Of a DNA stretch of 64,000 nucleotides, positions 19,403-33,730 are shown piece by piece. Where the stretch lies: contig CAVXXK010000001.1 of the NCBI GenBank assembly GCA_963765675.1, forward strand, positions 2,336,001 to 2,400,000. Direction: 5' to 3'. This DNA is from an uncultured delta proteobacterium (GTDB lineage Bacteria; Desulfobacterota; Binatia; Binatales; Binataceae). How positions within the stretch are numbered: position 1 is the first letter of the stretch; each line of letters begins with the position of its first letter. The notes under the pieces are model-generated. The model had not been told where the DNA came from, searched no databases, and was given only the letters and a program-made list of their open reading frames with translations. The position numbers and the translations under genes are program-made.

Positions 19403-20089
19403 ATGGTTCCCAACGAAACAATCGAATCCGGCGCCCGGCCGGACGCTCGTCCGATTGTACGGCGGCGGCGATGGTGGCGTCGGATCGGGCTGTGGCGCGC
19501 TATAGCCGGGATGGCGGTGGCGCTGGCGGTCGGCGCTCTCATCGTCAGCGCGGAGTTTTCCGCCGTGCTGGTGCATCGCACGAGCTATCTGAATCGGCGA
19601 ATCGCCTCATTGAACACGGCGGTGCACCACCTTCGCGCGCGGGTATCGTCAGAGGAACGGAGATCGCGGGCAGCCGAAGAAAAAACGAAAGCAGACGAGC
19701 TTCTCAAACGCGTCCTTGCAGCTCACGATTTGCGGACGATCAAACTGAAGACGGCCGCGCCGCCGATGTTGCCGAATCATCCGAATACCCCGACTCCGGC
19801 GACGGCGACGCTTGCCTCGAGCGAGAGCGAAGGTGCCTCGATTCTGCAGGTCGGAGGCCTAGGCGCCGAGCCGCGGAACCATCTGTACGCGGTATGGTGG
19901 GTAGGCAAGCGGGGGCATTTGGCGTTGGCCGGCCAGTTCCATGTCGAGCCCGATGGAAAAGCGACGGTGCCGCTCAGGCCGGCGCCCAAGTCGATGGCTT
20001 CGGTGCTGGTCACGGTCGAGCCGGACACCGGCGATCCGCCGTCGGCGCCGACGGGCCCGACGGTGCTGAGGAGTATCGCATCCCGGTGA
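19403..20089 (+). CDS. Membrane protein with an anti-sigma-K (RskA) C-terminal-like domain
   Basis: Single TM (WRAIAGMAVALA), coiled coil, then LYAVWW...AGQF...VTVEP...SAPTGPTVL. Confidence 0.65.
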   Translation: MVPNETIESGARPDARPIVRRRRWWRRIGLWRAIAGMAVALAVGALIVSAEFSAVLVHRTSYLNRRIASLNTAVHHLRARVSSEERRSRAAEEKTKADELLKRVLAAHDLRTIKLKTAAPPMLPNHPNTPTPATATLASSESEGASILQVGGLGAEPRNHLYAVWWVGKRGHLALAGQFHVEPDGKATVPLRPAPKSMASVLVTVEPDTGDPPSAPTGPTVLRSIASR

Positions 20090-20098
20090 GTAAACCGT

Positions 20099-20180
20099 CA
20101 GGCGGCCACTAAGACACCAAGACACGAAGAAAAGGCTCTTTCTGCTGAATTCGATCTCTTAGTCTTCGTGTGGCCGCCTG
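20099..20180. repeat. Imperfect hairpin built from CACNAAGA tandem octamers
   Basis: caggcggccactaagacaccaagacacgaaga ... tcttagtcttcgtgtggccgcctg. Confidence 0.55.
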
Positions 20181-20286
20181 CAGATTGCGATCTGCGGATG
20201 CTTAATCGCTTCACATTGGCTACTATTCGCGACGTGGTGTCGGAGGGGTTGATTGCGATGCGCGCCGCGCGAAACGAAGCCACGCG

Positions 20287-21513
20287 ATGAGCGAGGCGGT
20301 CGCGACCGGTAGTGCAACGCCGGGCGAGCGGCGGCGCGGCGGATATGGGCGCAGCTTCTGGCTGGTGTTCTGGTCAAGCTTCGCGCTCAACTCGTCGAGC
20401 AACCTGTTCGTTCTCTACCCTCTGCAACTGGTCGATTTCGGCGCGAGCGCCGGCGTTATCGGCGCCGTGATCGGCACCTGGTCGCTTGCGTCGCTCGCGT
20501 CGCGACCTGTTGCGAGCCCGCTTATCGAGCGCCTGGGCCGGCGCAGCACCGCGATGTGGCTGTTATGCGCCGATATCCTGGTCGTTGCGCTTTACCTGCC
20601 GATCGGCGCGATCGGATGGCATGTCTACGCGGTGCGCGCGCTGCACGGCGCGGTCGAGGGAACCGCGCGGGTCGCGCTGTTTGCGATGGTCTTCGACCTG
20701 CTGCCCGAGGGGCGCGAGGGCGAAGCGATGTCGGTGTTCAGCGTGTGCGGGATGGGGTCGGCGGCAATCGCGCCGATCGTGGCGGAGGTGCTGATTCGGA
20801 ATCTTGGCTTCGATTGGTTTTTTCTCGCGGCGATTGCGCTGACGGCAATCGCGGCCTATTTCGCCTGGACGGTCCCCGATGATCGCCCGCCGCGCCCGAT
20901 TGCAGAACCCGCGGCCGCATCGCGCGCGGGCGCAATGAGCTATCGCGCGCTGCTGGTCGATTCCGGTTTGTTGCCGCTGTGGATCGTGACGCTGCTGTTC
21001 GCGCTCTCGATCTCGTCGCGCTTAAGTTTCGTCGCCCCGTTTGCGTCCGAACGCGGGATCGTCGGCGTCGCTTGGTATTTTACGATCTACAGCGTGATCG
21101 CAATCGTCATCCGGATCGGCGGCGCGCGCTTCATGGATCGAATCGGGCTGGAACGCGCGCTGTTACCCTCGATGATCATCCTCTCTGTCGGTATGGCGCT
21201 GATCGCGGGAACCGGGCACTACCGGATGCTGTACATCGCCGCGGCGCTCGGCGGCCTCGGCCACGCGTACGTCTACCCGGCGCTGAGCGCGATGGTGATC
21301 GGACGCACGCACGAGGGCGCGATCGGGCGCTCCTCGAGCATCTACCAATCGCTCTACGATCTCGGATCGATGGCGGGGCCGTACTCGCTCGGCGCGGTCG
21401 CGATGCTCTACGGATACGGGCCGATGTTCGTCGTGTCGGGAGCGGTGGCGCTCCTGGGCGCCGCGTACTTTGGCCTGATGGAACCGGGCTGGCGCGTCCG
21501 CCGGCTGGCGTAG
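20287..21513 (+). CDS. MFS transporter
   Basis: 408 aa, about 12 TM helices; LIERLGRR and FMDRIG loop motifs. Confidence 0.88.
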   Translation: MSEAVATGSATPGERRRGGYGRSFWLVFWSSFALNSSSNLFVLYPLQLVDFGASAGVIGAVIGTWSLASLASRPVASPLIERLGRRSTAMWLLCADILVVALYLPIGAIGWHVYAVRALHGAVEGTARVALFAMVFDLLPEGREGEAMSVFSVCGMGSAAIAPIVAEVLIRNLGFDWFFLAAIALTAIAAYFAWTVPDDRPPRPIAEPAAASRAGAMSYRALLVDSGLLPLWIVTLLFALSISSRLSFVAPFASERGIVGVAWYFTIYSVIAIVIRIGGARFMDRIGLERALLPSMIILSVGMALIAGTGHYRMLYIAAALGGLGHAYVYPALSAMVIGRTHEGAIGRSSSIYQSLYDLGSMAGPYSLGAVAMLYGYGPMFVVSGAVALLGAAYFGLMEPGWRVRRLA

Positions 21514-21527
21514 CCGCGCGCCGCGAT

Positions 21528-21668
21528 TCAGTCCATCGGGACGGTCATTTCGAGCAGGATTCCGAATCCGATCAAGGCCATCGCGGCGAAGTTCTCCTGG
21601 ATCGCGTCGCCGGTCCACAGGAGGTAGAATCCTACGCCGAGCGAAGCCAAGGAGATCAGCCGTTTCAT
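21528..21668 (-). CDS. Small (46 aa) two-TM membrane protein
   Basis: MKRLISLASLGVGFYLLWTGDAIQENFAAMALIGFGILLEMTVPMD with AGAGGGG RBS. Confidence 0.5.
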   Translation of the reverse strand: MKRLISLASLGVGFYLLWTGDAIQENFAAMALIGFGILLEMTVPMD

Positions 21669-21891
21669 CGAAGCCCCTCTTTTTTTTCCGCGCTGCGACG
21701 CGCGGATCGCGCGGTTTCGCCGAAAGCGAAGTCCGCAACAACAACAGAAAGTAGGATAAAGATTACGACGAGTAAAGAGCGGGTTCGGGAACGGCGATTT
21801 GCTTCGCGCGGATCGCGATGCTAATTTGCGCGTCTCGTTAGGGCGATCCTGCCGGGTTGTGGAAAATCGGTTGCGTGCGAGCGCTCGCTGG

Positions 21892-21957
21892 TTGACACGG
21901 CCGCTACCGATGCGGTATCGTTCTTGTTCGCCCAAAGCTGGGCCGGTCTTTGAAAAC
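21892..21957 (+). promoter_or_regulatory. rRNA operon promoter and boxA-like antiterminator
   Basis: TTGACA (21892)-18 nt-TATCGT (21916); ggtctttgaaaac at 21945-21957. Confidence 0.6.
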
Positions 21958-22097
21958 TGAATAGTAGTGCATGCCTTAATTGGTAGGCGGGGGATCGGAA
22001 GCGATCCTTAAGCCTGTCCGATTGCTTTGAAATTGCGGTCAGTCCACCCGTTTCCGGACACGTTAGCCGTGTCCGCAAACGGTGGTGACACTGAGCT

Positions 22098-23664
<1,567 letters not shown>

Positions 23665-23907
23665 AATGAGTGCCGCCGGTACTCTTTGCGAGTATCGGCC
23701 ATTCAAGGTCAGCCTCGCCTGCGGTAACTCCGCAGAGCGGGTGTCGGACAGGACGGACTCGCGCTCCATCCCTCGCCAGCACTACTATTCGGTTTTGAGA
23801 GGCCGGCTCTCTTTCGGGCGCCGTTCTTTGAAAATTCTGGATCGCTAAAACGATTCGAAAAAGAGATTCGAGCCGTTGCCAAGTACGGCCTGCTCCGCAC
23901 CAGGTCA

Positions 23908-23984
23908 GGGCCTATAGCTCAGCTGGCTAGAGCGTGCCCCTGATAAGGGCAAGGTCGGTAGTTCGACTCTACCTAGGCCCACCA
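23908..23984 (+). tRNA. tRNA-Ile (GAT)
   Basis: GGGCCTATAGCTCAG...CTGATAA...GTTCGAC...TAGGCCCACCA. Confidence 0.96.
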
Positions 23985-24114
23985 TCAACACTCCGATAGG
24001 GCGCCAAGTGGGTAGCGCGAAGTAGGTAGGAGTTAGATAGAACGACAAATAGCCAGTCGCCAGGAATAGCTACTCGGGCACGGAATCGAATCGCGACGGT
24101 TAGCGGACACGCTT

Positions 24115-24190
24115 GGGGCGGTAGCTCAATTGGGAGAGCATCGGCTTTGCAAGCCGAGGGTTGCCGGTTCAATCCCGGTCCGCTCCACCA
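24115..24190 (+). tRNA. tRNA-Ala (TGC)
   Basis: GGGGCGGTAGCTCAATTGG...TTTGCAA...GTTCAAT...CGCTCCACCA. Confidence 0.96.
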
Positions 24191-24379
24191 TCGAATATAC
24201 TATGCGATAACAAGTCGGGTGACTTAAGTAAGTCGCTCGCAAAGTTTAGCTCCCGCCGAAGGCTGCGAAGCTGGAGGCGGGTCGATCCGGTCTTTGACAA
24301 CTGAATAGTAGGGTATCTTCTGTTAGAGAGTGAAGTGAAAAGGTCAGAAGAGCCTTGGATATGATTCACGGCCTTTGGT

Positions 24380-27379
<3,000 letters not shown>

Positions 27380-27585
27380 CTCATTATACTTTCGATTCCA
27401 CTTTGGGGATTCGACTGGATAATTGAGCCGGAGTATGAATCCGAGTTCCAATCGCTAATCGGATTCGACCCGGCGGGCTTGAATCATACCCAAGGCTCCT
27501 GATCTCAATCTTCGCTCTAGCGAAATACCCTACATTCAGTGTGTCATCACATTAAATCGCGTCGCATAAAACCGGCGCGTATAGT

Positions 27586-27704
27586 TTCCGGTCGCCATGG
27601 CGAAGGTGAAACACCCGTTCCCATCCCGAACACGGCAGTTAAGCCCTTCAGCGCCGATGGTACTGTGACCGAAGGCGTCACGGGAGAGTAGGACGCGGCC
27701 GGGA
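27586..27704 (+). rRNA. rrf: 5S ribosomal RNA
   Basis: CACCCGTTCCCATCCCGAACACGG.AGTTAAG...CGCCGATGGTACT...GGGAGAGTAGG. Confidence 0.95.
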
Positions 27705-27710
27705 TCTCTC

Positions 27711-27745
27711 AAGGGCGGAGCATCAGATGCTCCGCCCTTTTTTTC
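27711..27745 (+). terminator. Rho-independent terminator of the rRNA operon
   Basis: aagggcggagcatc/gatgctccgccctt stem followed by a T run. Confidence 0.85.
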
Positions 27746-27787
27746 TTCTCGCGTTGAAGCAACGGCGGGGAATCCGCGAAGACGCAG

Positions 27788-28030
27788 ATGAAGTTCAAGG
27801 CGATTGATATTCACGAGGCAAAGACTCAGCTATCGCGCCTGATCGAAGAGGCTGCGGCCGGAACGGAGATTGTGATCATGATTGACGGCCATCCGCGCGC
27901 GCGACTGGTGCAATACGCCGATGCATCGAAGTTGCGGCGACCTGGCGCGCTGAAAGGACACCTCCGGATGCGCGCCAATTTCAACGCTCCCCTGCCGCCA
28001 GATATCCGCCGCCCGTTCGGCGTCCGATAA
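27788..28030 (+). CDS. Phd/YefM family antitoxin (no adjacent toxin gene)
   Basis: IDIHEAKTQLSRLIEEAAAGTEIVI...P.ARLV...RRPGALKG...NFNAPLP. Confidence 0.85.
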   Translation: MKFKAIDIHEAKTQLSRLIEEAAAGTEIVIMIDGHPRARLVQYADASKLRRPGALKGHLRMRANFNAPLPPDIRRPFGVR

Positions 28031-28182
28031 AGGCGTGGCAGCTCAGATCTGTCATTCCCGCGTGCGTGGCTGCCGCGCGCGAGGAATCCCGTTCTTCCGC
28101 ATGACGTTTGCATCGCGCTCGACACTGCTCGATCGATGTGGCAATCGTTGGGCGAAATTCTTATCTCCGGAGGATGCCTACG

Positions 28183-28548
28183 ATGCTCGATCACATCGCG
28201 ATTCCGGTCTCTGACATCAATGTCAGCAAGCGGTTTTTCCTGGCTGCGCTCGCGCCGCTTGGCTACAAGGTGATCTATGACGAAGGCCGCGCCGTGGGGA
28301 TGGGCTCTCAGGGATTTCCGGCGTTCTGGATCGGACAGGGTCAACCGCACAATCCGTTGCATCTCGCATTTGCCGCCCCCAATCACGCGGCCGTCGATGC
28401 GTTCCATCGGGCGGCACTTGCGGCGGGTGGCCGGGACAACGGTCAGCCAGGAATCAGGGCGCAGTACCATCCGGATTACTACGCGGCATTTGTGTACGAT
28501 CCTGACGGCAACAATATCGAAGTCGTGTGCCGTAAAGCGTCGTCATGA
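28183..28548 (+). CDS. VOC family (glyoxalase/bleomycin resistance) protein
   Basis: MLDHIAIPVSD...HLAFAA...GGRDNGQPGIR..YHPDYYAAFVYDPDGNNIEVV; GGAGG RBS. Confidence 0.9.
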   Translation: MLDHIAIPVSDINVSKRFFLAALAPLGYKVIYDEGRAVGMGSQGFPAFWIGQGQPHNPLHLAFAAPNHAAVDAFHRAALAAGGRDNGQPGIRAQYHPDYYAAFVYDPDGNNIEVVCRKASS

Positions 28549-28798
28549 CGATCGGCGCCGCTGGTCACAACCGCGATCTGACTACATAGATCAACTGCGT
28601 AAAGAGTATTCTCAGCGGAGCGGAATCGTCAATGAGGTGCCGAATCGTCTCCTGATCTGCGGATGACGAACTGGTATTTCGGGGCGTGTGCGTTGCGCAA
28701 TAAGATTAGTAACCGATGTCTGCCGGCCTGCGCGTGATCGCTGACGGTTCCTGAGTCGGATTCGACAAAAAAAGAGAGACTCGCGCGGAGCAAATGCG

Positions 28799-29566
28799 AT
28801 GAGCGATTTACCGGAACACGTGCTGAAGAACCGCGCGAAATGGGACGCCTGGGCGCAAGAGTACGTCGCACCTGCCGAAAGCGCCTGGGCGATAAATACT
28901 CCTGTGTGGGGGATGTGGCAGGTACCGGAGGCTGACGTCGGGATGTTTCCCAAGGACCTCGCCGGGAAGGATGTGATCGAGCTCGGATGCGGCACCGCAT
29001 ACGTCTCGGCGTGGCTCACCCGGCGAGGGGCGCGCGTCGTGGGCATCGACAATTCGCACGCGCAGCTCGTTACTGCTCGCCGCCTGCAACGGGAACACGG
29101 TCTCGATTTTCCCCTCATTCATGGCAATGCCGAGAGCGTTCCGTATCCCGATGCGAGCTTCGACGTGGCGATCTCTGAGTATGGCGCGTGCCTATGGGCG
29201 GACCCGGAGCGCTGGGTTGCCGAGGCTGCGCGTCTTCTGCGTCCGAATGGTCAATTGATCTTCCTGACGAACTCCTTCCTTCTGATGCTGTGTGTGCCTG
29301 CCGCTGAGAATGAGGCCGCGACCGATCGGCTGCTGCGTCCAGCATTCGGGATGTATCGAGTCCAGTGGCCTGGCGATCAAGGCGTCGAGTTTCACCTGTC
29401 ACATAGTGATTGGATACGGATGTTGCGGCGTTCGGGCTTCGAGATCGAGGCTCTGATTGAGGTCCGGCCTCCCGCCGGCGCCACTTCGCGCTACTCCTTT
29501 GTTACTCTCGAATGGGCGCGGCAGTGGCCCTGTGAAGAGATTTGGAAAGCGCGTAAACGAGCCTGA
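28799..29566 (+). CDS. Class I SAM-dependent methyltransferase
   Basis: VIELGCGTA, VVGIDNS, GNAESVP, SFDVAIS, RLLRPNG. Confidence 0.88.
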   Translation: MSDLPEHVLKNRAKWDAWAQEYVAPAESAWAINTPVWGMWQVPEADVGMFPKDLAGKDVIELGCGTAYVSAWLTRRGARVVGIDNSHAQLVTARRLQREHGLDFPLIHGNAESVPYPDASFDVAISEYGACLWADPERWVAEAARLLRPNGQLIFLTNSFLLMLCVPAAENEAATDRLLRPAFGMYRVQWPGDQGVEFHLSHSDWIRMLRRSGFEIEALIEVRPPAGATSRYSFVTLEWARQWPCEEIWKARKRA

Positions 29567-29628
29567 TCGTATCTGCCTCAGGCTTTGGTCAAATATGGAT
29601 TCGTCTTCGATTGTGATGTCCCGGCGAA

Positions 29629-29985
29629 CTAAGTTTCCTTCGCGTCTGGCCGACCGCGCGACTGAGTAAGGCTCGACTCGTCGAAGGGGAGATCCACACC
29701 CGACCAGAGGATTGTCTGCCGAATCGCGCGAGCGCGCAGGTCGGCGAGCGCTTGTAGATCCGGGTCAGTCCGATATTGCTCGAACGACTTTTCGTCGGGA
29801 AACGTGACGAGGTGAACCTCGTGCGGTTGGCGATTGTCGGGCGCCGGTGTGATAGCGATCCTCCGCTCGAGCAGTGCGCCGTAACGCCGCATGATTTGCG
29901 CCGCCGCGGTTTCGAATTGTTCGAAGGCTGATTCGCGGGCGGGGTGAATATACAGAGATACGACCAAAGTGATCTTGGTACTCAT
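29629..29985 (-). CDS. Small dimeric alpha/beta-barrel protein (DUF1330-like)
   Basis: FEQFE..AAQIMRRYGA...EVHLVTFPD..SFEQYRTDP. Confidence 0.6.
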   Translation of the reverse strand: MSTKITLVVSLYIHPARESAFEQFETAAAQIMRRYGALLERRIAITPAPDNRQPHEVHLVTFPDEKSFEQYRTDPDLQALADLRARAIRQTILWSGVDLPFDESSLTQSRGRPDAKET

Positions 29986-30026
29986 TTCTTCATGCTCACT
30001 TTCGACTCAGTCGCGTGGAGGTTTTA

Positions 30027-30914
30027 TCAACGCCCGGGCGCGAGTGCTTCGAATGCGCGCGTGTCGGGCGCGATCGTGCGGTCGAGCGAGGTTCCTTCTG
30101 CTGGCACCATCGTCAGGCTGACGTGCGTCGCGCCCGCGTTGTAGTGCGCGGCGACGCGAGCGCGAATCGCGGTTTCGTTACCCCATGCAATCAGGCCGTC
30201 GACGATACGATCGCTGCCACCGTCGGCGAAATCCGCGTCGGTGAATCCCATCGCGCGGAAGCTCGCCAGATAATTCGGAAGAGTCAGATAGAACGCCAGC
30301 AACTTGCGCGCGGCGCGGCGCGCTTTGACGGGATCGGGCTCGAGCAACGCGACTTGCTGGATGCAAATCCACTTGCCGGCTCCCATCGACGCGCGCATCC
30401 GCCCGGTCTGTTCGGGCGTGATGTAGACCGGGAAGGTGCCGTTGGTTTCAGCCGCCGCGAGCGCGAGCATCTTCGGCATCAGCGCTGCGATCACGATCGG
30501 CGGTTCGCTCTTCGGGCGCGGCGCCGTGTAGGGCGCGGATTTCATCCGCGCGAGATAGTCGCGCATGTATGCGACCGGCTTTGCGTACTTGATTCCGAGC
30601 TGCGCCATCATCGGAGCGTGGCTGATGCCGATTCCCAGGATGAATCGATCGGGAAACAATTCGGCGAGCGTGCGCGCCGCCCCGATCATCGCGACCGGCT
30701 CTCGCTTCCACACGTTGGCGATTCCGGTGCCGACGACCAGCCGTTCCGTGACGCTCAAGATATGCGCCGCCAGCGCAAACGGATCGCGGCCGAAGGCCTC
30801 GGGAAACCAGAACGATCCGTAGCCGAGCTGTTCGAGCTTGCGCACGAATCCCGCGATCTGGTTTCCGCTCATCGAATCGGTAAGAGCGAAGGCTCCGGGT
30901 GTAGTCAAATCCAT
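30027..30914 (-). CDS. LLM-class (putatively F420-dependent) oxidoreductase
   Basis: LEQLGYGSFWFPE, VGTGIANVW, RFILGIGISH, AALMPKML, HYNAGATHV. Confidence 0.85.
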   Translation of the reverse strand: MDLTTPGAFALTDSMSGNQIAGFVRKLEQLGYGSFWFPEAFGRDPFALAAHILSVTERLVVGTGIANVWKREPVAMIGAARTLAELFPDRFILGIGISHAPMMAQLGIKYAKPVAYMRDYLARMKSAPYTAPRPKSEPPIVIAALMPKMLALAAAETNGTFPVYITPEQTGRMRASMGAGKWICIQQVALLEPDPVKARRAARKLLAFYLTLPNYLASFRAMGFTDADFADGGSDRIVDGLIAWGNETAIRARVAAHYNAGATHVSLTMVPAEGTSLDRTIAPDTRAFEALAPGR

Positions 30915-31096
30915 GATTAGCTCCGATGCCGTTTGAATATCATGGTGAACCTTTCCCGGATACTGAAGGACACCATCAGCTAAGGCCTCCGCGACTCCGC
31001 GTTTCGTCACCGGCGTCACAAATCTCCTCGACATCAGCGGCAGCGAATCGCAAAATATAAGTTGCTGTTCCGTTTTATAGACAATCCGAGAACATC

Positions 31097-32704
31097 ATGA
31101 GCATTCAACGCAAGACGCTGGTCGTTCTCGTGTTGCCATTCGTAGTGGCAATCATCGCGGCCTATCTTCAATGGGCTATCGTCGGCCTTCCCGCGCTGCC
31201 AGCGCTTAAGGCATTTTCACCTGCGACGGCGCCCGTGCCTCATGGGTTTCCTGCCTGGCTGCGCGTGACGCACTGGGTGAGCTTTTTCTTTCTGGTCCTG
31301 CTGGTGCGCAGCGGTCTTCAGATCCTGGCCGATCATCCGCGGCTCTACTGGAATCTCAACTGCACGCCCGATTCCGAGTGGCTCCGGCTGACCCCGATCA
31401 AAGTTCCGACGGACCGGGAGTGGACCGCGAAGGACGATGCCCGCTATCTGACGCCGTGGATCGGACTTCCCGGATACCGGCACACGGTCGGGATGGCGCG
31501 GCACTGGCATTTCATGAGCGTTCTGTTCTGGATCGGCAATGGGCTGGTGTTCGTGATTTTGCTGCTGGTGACGCAGCAATGGAAACGGCTGGTGCCGGAC
31601 TCGTGGCATATCATGCCGCAGGCGTGGGCGGTTTTTGTCCACTACGCCACTTTACATATGCCGCCGGAGCCCGACGGCTTCTATCAATACAACGCGCTGC
31701 AGCAGCTCGCATATTTTGGAGTGGTGTTTATCCTGGCGCCGCTGGCGATCCTCTCCGGACCGTCGATGTCGCCGGCACTGACGGCGCGTTTTTCGTGGTA
31801 CCCGAAGATTCCGGGCAATCGGCAGATCGGCCGTTCGCTCCATTTCATGGTGATGTGCGCGTTTGTCGCTTTCGTCGTAGTGCACGTTGCGCTGGTGGTA
31901 ACGACCGGGTTCGTCAGGAACATGAATCATATCGTGATGGGCACCGACAACCTCAATCCGATCGGGATGTACATCTTTTTCGCCATTCTCGCGGGTATCG
32001 TGCTTTTCAATGCGTTCGCCAATTACATGGCATGGCGCCGTCCTCGAACGGTGCAGCACATCGCCAAGGCGCTGGTGACGCCGCTGATGCGGTTCATTCT
32101 CGATCGCGCGCCGCCGCGGGCCGAGTTCACTCGCGCCGACATCTCACCGTTCTTCTGGACCAACGGAAAGATGCCGACCAGCGACGAATGGAAAGCGATG
32201 GCGAGCGACTCCTTCGATCAATATCGGCTCAAAGTTTATGGGCTGGTGGAGAACCCGGTCGAGCTTTCACTCGAAAACCTCGCTGCGATGAACAAGCACT
32301 CGCAAATCACTCTTCACCACTGCATCCAGGGATGGTCGGGTATCGCGCAATGGGGCGGCTTGCCGCTGAGCGAATTGATAAAGCTGGTGCGGCCCACACC
32401 GGCCGCGCGCGCGGTCATCTTTTATTCGTTCGGCGAAGGCGGCGAAGGCGGCGAATTTTATGATAGCTTGCCGCTTCGCGATGCGATGCATCCGCAGACC
32501 TTGCTGGCGTACGAAATGAACTACAAGGTTCTTGGCCGGGCGCATGGCGCACCAGTTCGGTTACGGATCGAGAGCCAACTTGGATTCAAGATGGTCAAGT
32601 GGATAAGAGCGATCGAGTTCGTGAGCGATATCGGACAGATTCATAAGGGCGAGGGCGGCTACAACGAAGACAATGAGTACTTCGGCGAACTCGCCGACAT
32701 CTGA
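31097..32704 (+). CDS. Cytochrome b domain fused to a molybdopterin oxidoreductase (sulfite oxidase/MsrP family)
   Basis: TM region with RVTHW, RHWHF, YNALQQLAY, RSLHF; C-terminal HHCIQGWS (Mo-ligand Cys), HGAPVRL, GFKMVKW. Confidence 0.85.
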   Translation: MSIQRKTLVVLVLPFVVAIIAAYLQWAIVGLPALPALKAFSPATAPVPHGFPAWLRVTHWVSFFFLVLLVRSGLQILADHPRLYWNLNCTPDSEWLRLTPIKVPTDREWTAKDDARYLTPWIGLPGYRHTVGMARHWHFMSVLFWIGNGLVFVILLLVTQQWKRLVPDSWHIMPQAWAVFVHYATLHMPPEPDGFYQYNALQQLAYFGVVFILAPLAILSGPSMSPALTARFSWYPKIPGNRQIGRSLHFMVMCAFVAFVVVHVALVVTTGFVRNMNHIVMGTDNLNPIGMYIFFAILAGIVLFNAFANYMAWRRPRTVQHIAKALVTPLMRFILDRAPPRAEFTRADISPFFWTNGKMPTSDEWKAMASDSFDQYRLKVYGLVENPVELSLENLAAMNKHSQITLHHCIQGWSGIAQWGGLPLSELIKLVRPTPAARAVIFYSFGEGGEGGEFYDSLPLRDAMHPQTLLAYEMNYKVLGRAHGAPVRLRIESQLGFKMVKWIRAIEFVSDIGQIHKGEGGYNEDNEYFGELADI

Positions 32705-32860
32705 CGCCCCCCGACCTCTCGATGCGCTGGGCGGCGCTCGCGATGCGTGAAGCCAGCGTCACCCGCCATCATAAATCCGCAATCACGATTTATCACAAAT
32801 GACTTAACTATGCTCGGCGAGTAGGCTCTGCGGCAATCTGACTGGAAAGGAGAGCCTGCT

Positions 32861-33619
32861 ATGGACATGAGCCTTCCGCGGCGTCTTTGCGCCGAGTTTA
32901 TCGGCACCTTCTGGCTGGTTCTGGGCGGATGCGGAGCCGCAGTGCTCGCGGCGGGATTTCCGAGGACCGGGATCGGCTTCGTCGGCGTGGCGCTCGCCTT
33001 CGGTCTAACGCTGCTGACGATGGCTTATGCGATCGGGCATATCTCCGGATGCCATATCAATCCGGCGGTGACCTGCGGACTGTGGGCTGGCGGACGGTTT
33101 CGCGGCGCCGACGTCGTGCCCTACATCATCGTGCAGGTGCTGGGCGGTATATTGGCGGCTACCGTCCTCTACGTGATCGCCAGCGGCGCGCCAGGCTTCA
33201 CTCTGCTCAACGGCTTCGCGGCCAACGGCTACGGCGCCCATTCTCCAGGTGGCTATAGCCTCGAAGCGGCAGCGGTGTGCGAGTTTGTGATGACGATGAT
33301 CTTCCTGTTCGTGATCATGGGTGCGACGGACATCCGGGTGACCGCGGGATTTGCGCCGATTCCGATCGGCCTGGTGCTGACCCTGATTCACTTGATCAGT
33401 ATTCCAGTGACGAACACCTGCGTGAATCCTGCCCGCGCGACCGGACCGGCTGTGTTCGTCGGTGGATGGGCGATACATCAACTTTGGCTATTCTGGCTCA
33501 TCCCGATTATCGGCGGGATGGTCGGCGGTCTGATTTATCGGGGACTCGCTTCGGAGCCATTGGCGGACGCGGTGACTCGGCTGGACTCGGGGCTCGCGTA
33601 TGAGCCCCCAGTTGATTGA
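32861..33619 (+). CDS. aqpZ: Aquaporin Z
   Basis: [56 protein letters not shown]. Confidence 0.93.
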   Translation: MDMSLPRRLCAEFIGTFWLVLGGCGAAVLAAGFPRTGIGFVGVALAFGLTLLTMAYAIGHISGCHINPAVTCGLWAGGRFRGADVVPYIIVQVLGGILAATVLYVIASGAPGFTLLNGFAANGYGAHSPGGYSLEAAAVCEFVMTMIFLFVIMGATDIRVTAGFAPIPIGLVLTLIHLISIPVTNTCVNPARATGPAVFVGGWAIHQLWLFWLIPIIGGMVGGLIYRGLASEPLADAVTRLDSGLAYEPPVD

Positions 33620-33730
33620 CAGGCTCGCGCCGGCCGATGCGGACAAATCTTCGATCACGTCGAACACCACAACGACAAGGCGCGCGCCTCATTCGAGGCG
33701 CGCGCCGGGACGCAATCGCGGGGCGCGGAC

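Noticed and set aside
27380-27585. Long 23S-5S spacer as a possible ncRNA
   Set aside because: tgaatcatacccaaggctc and ataccctacattcag pair with the 23S leader (24301-24368), forming an ordinary processing stem; likewise 21950-21970 with 23780-23800 for 16S
33410-33440. Aqp[12 protein letters not shown] variant
   Set aside because: Both NPA motifs and the F/H/T/R filter residues are intact; minor substitution
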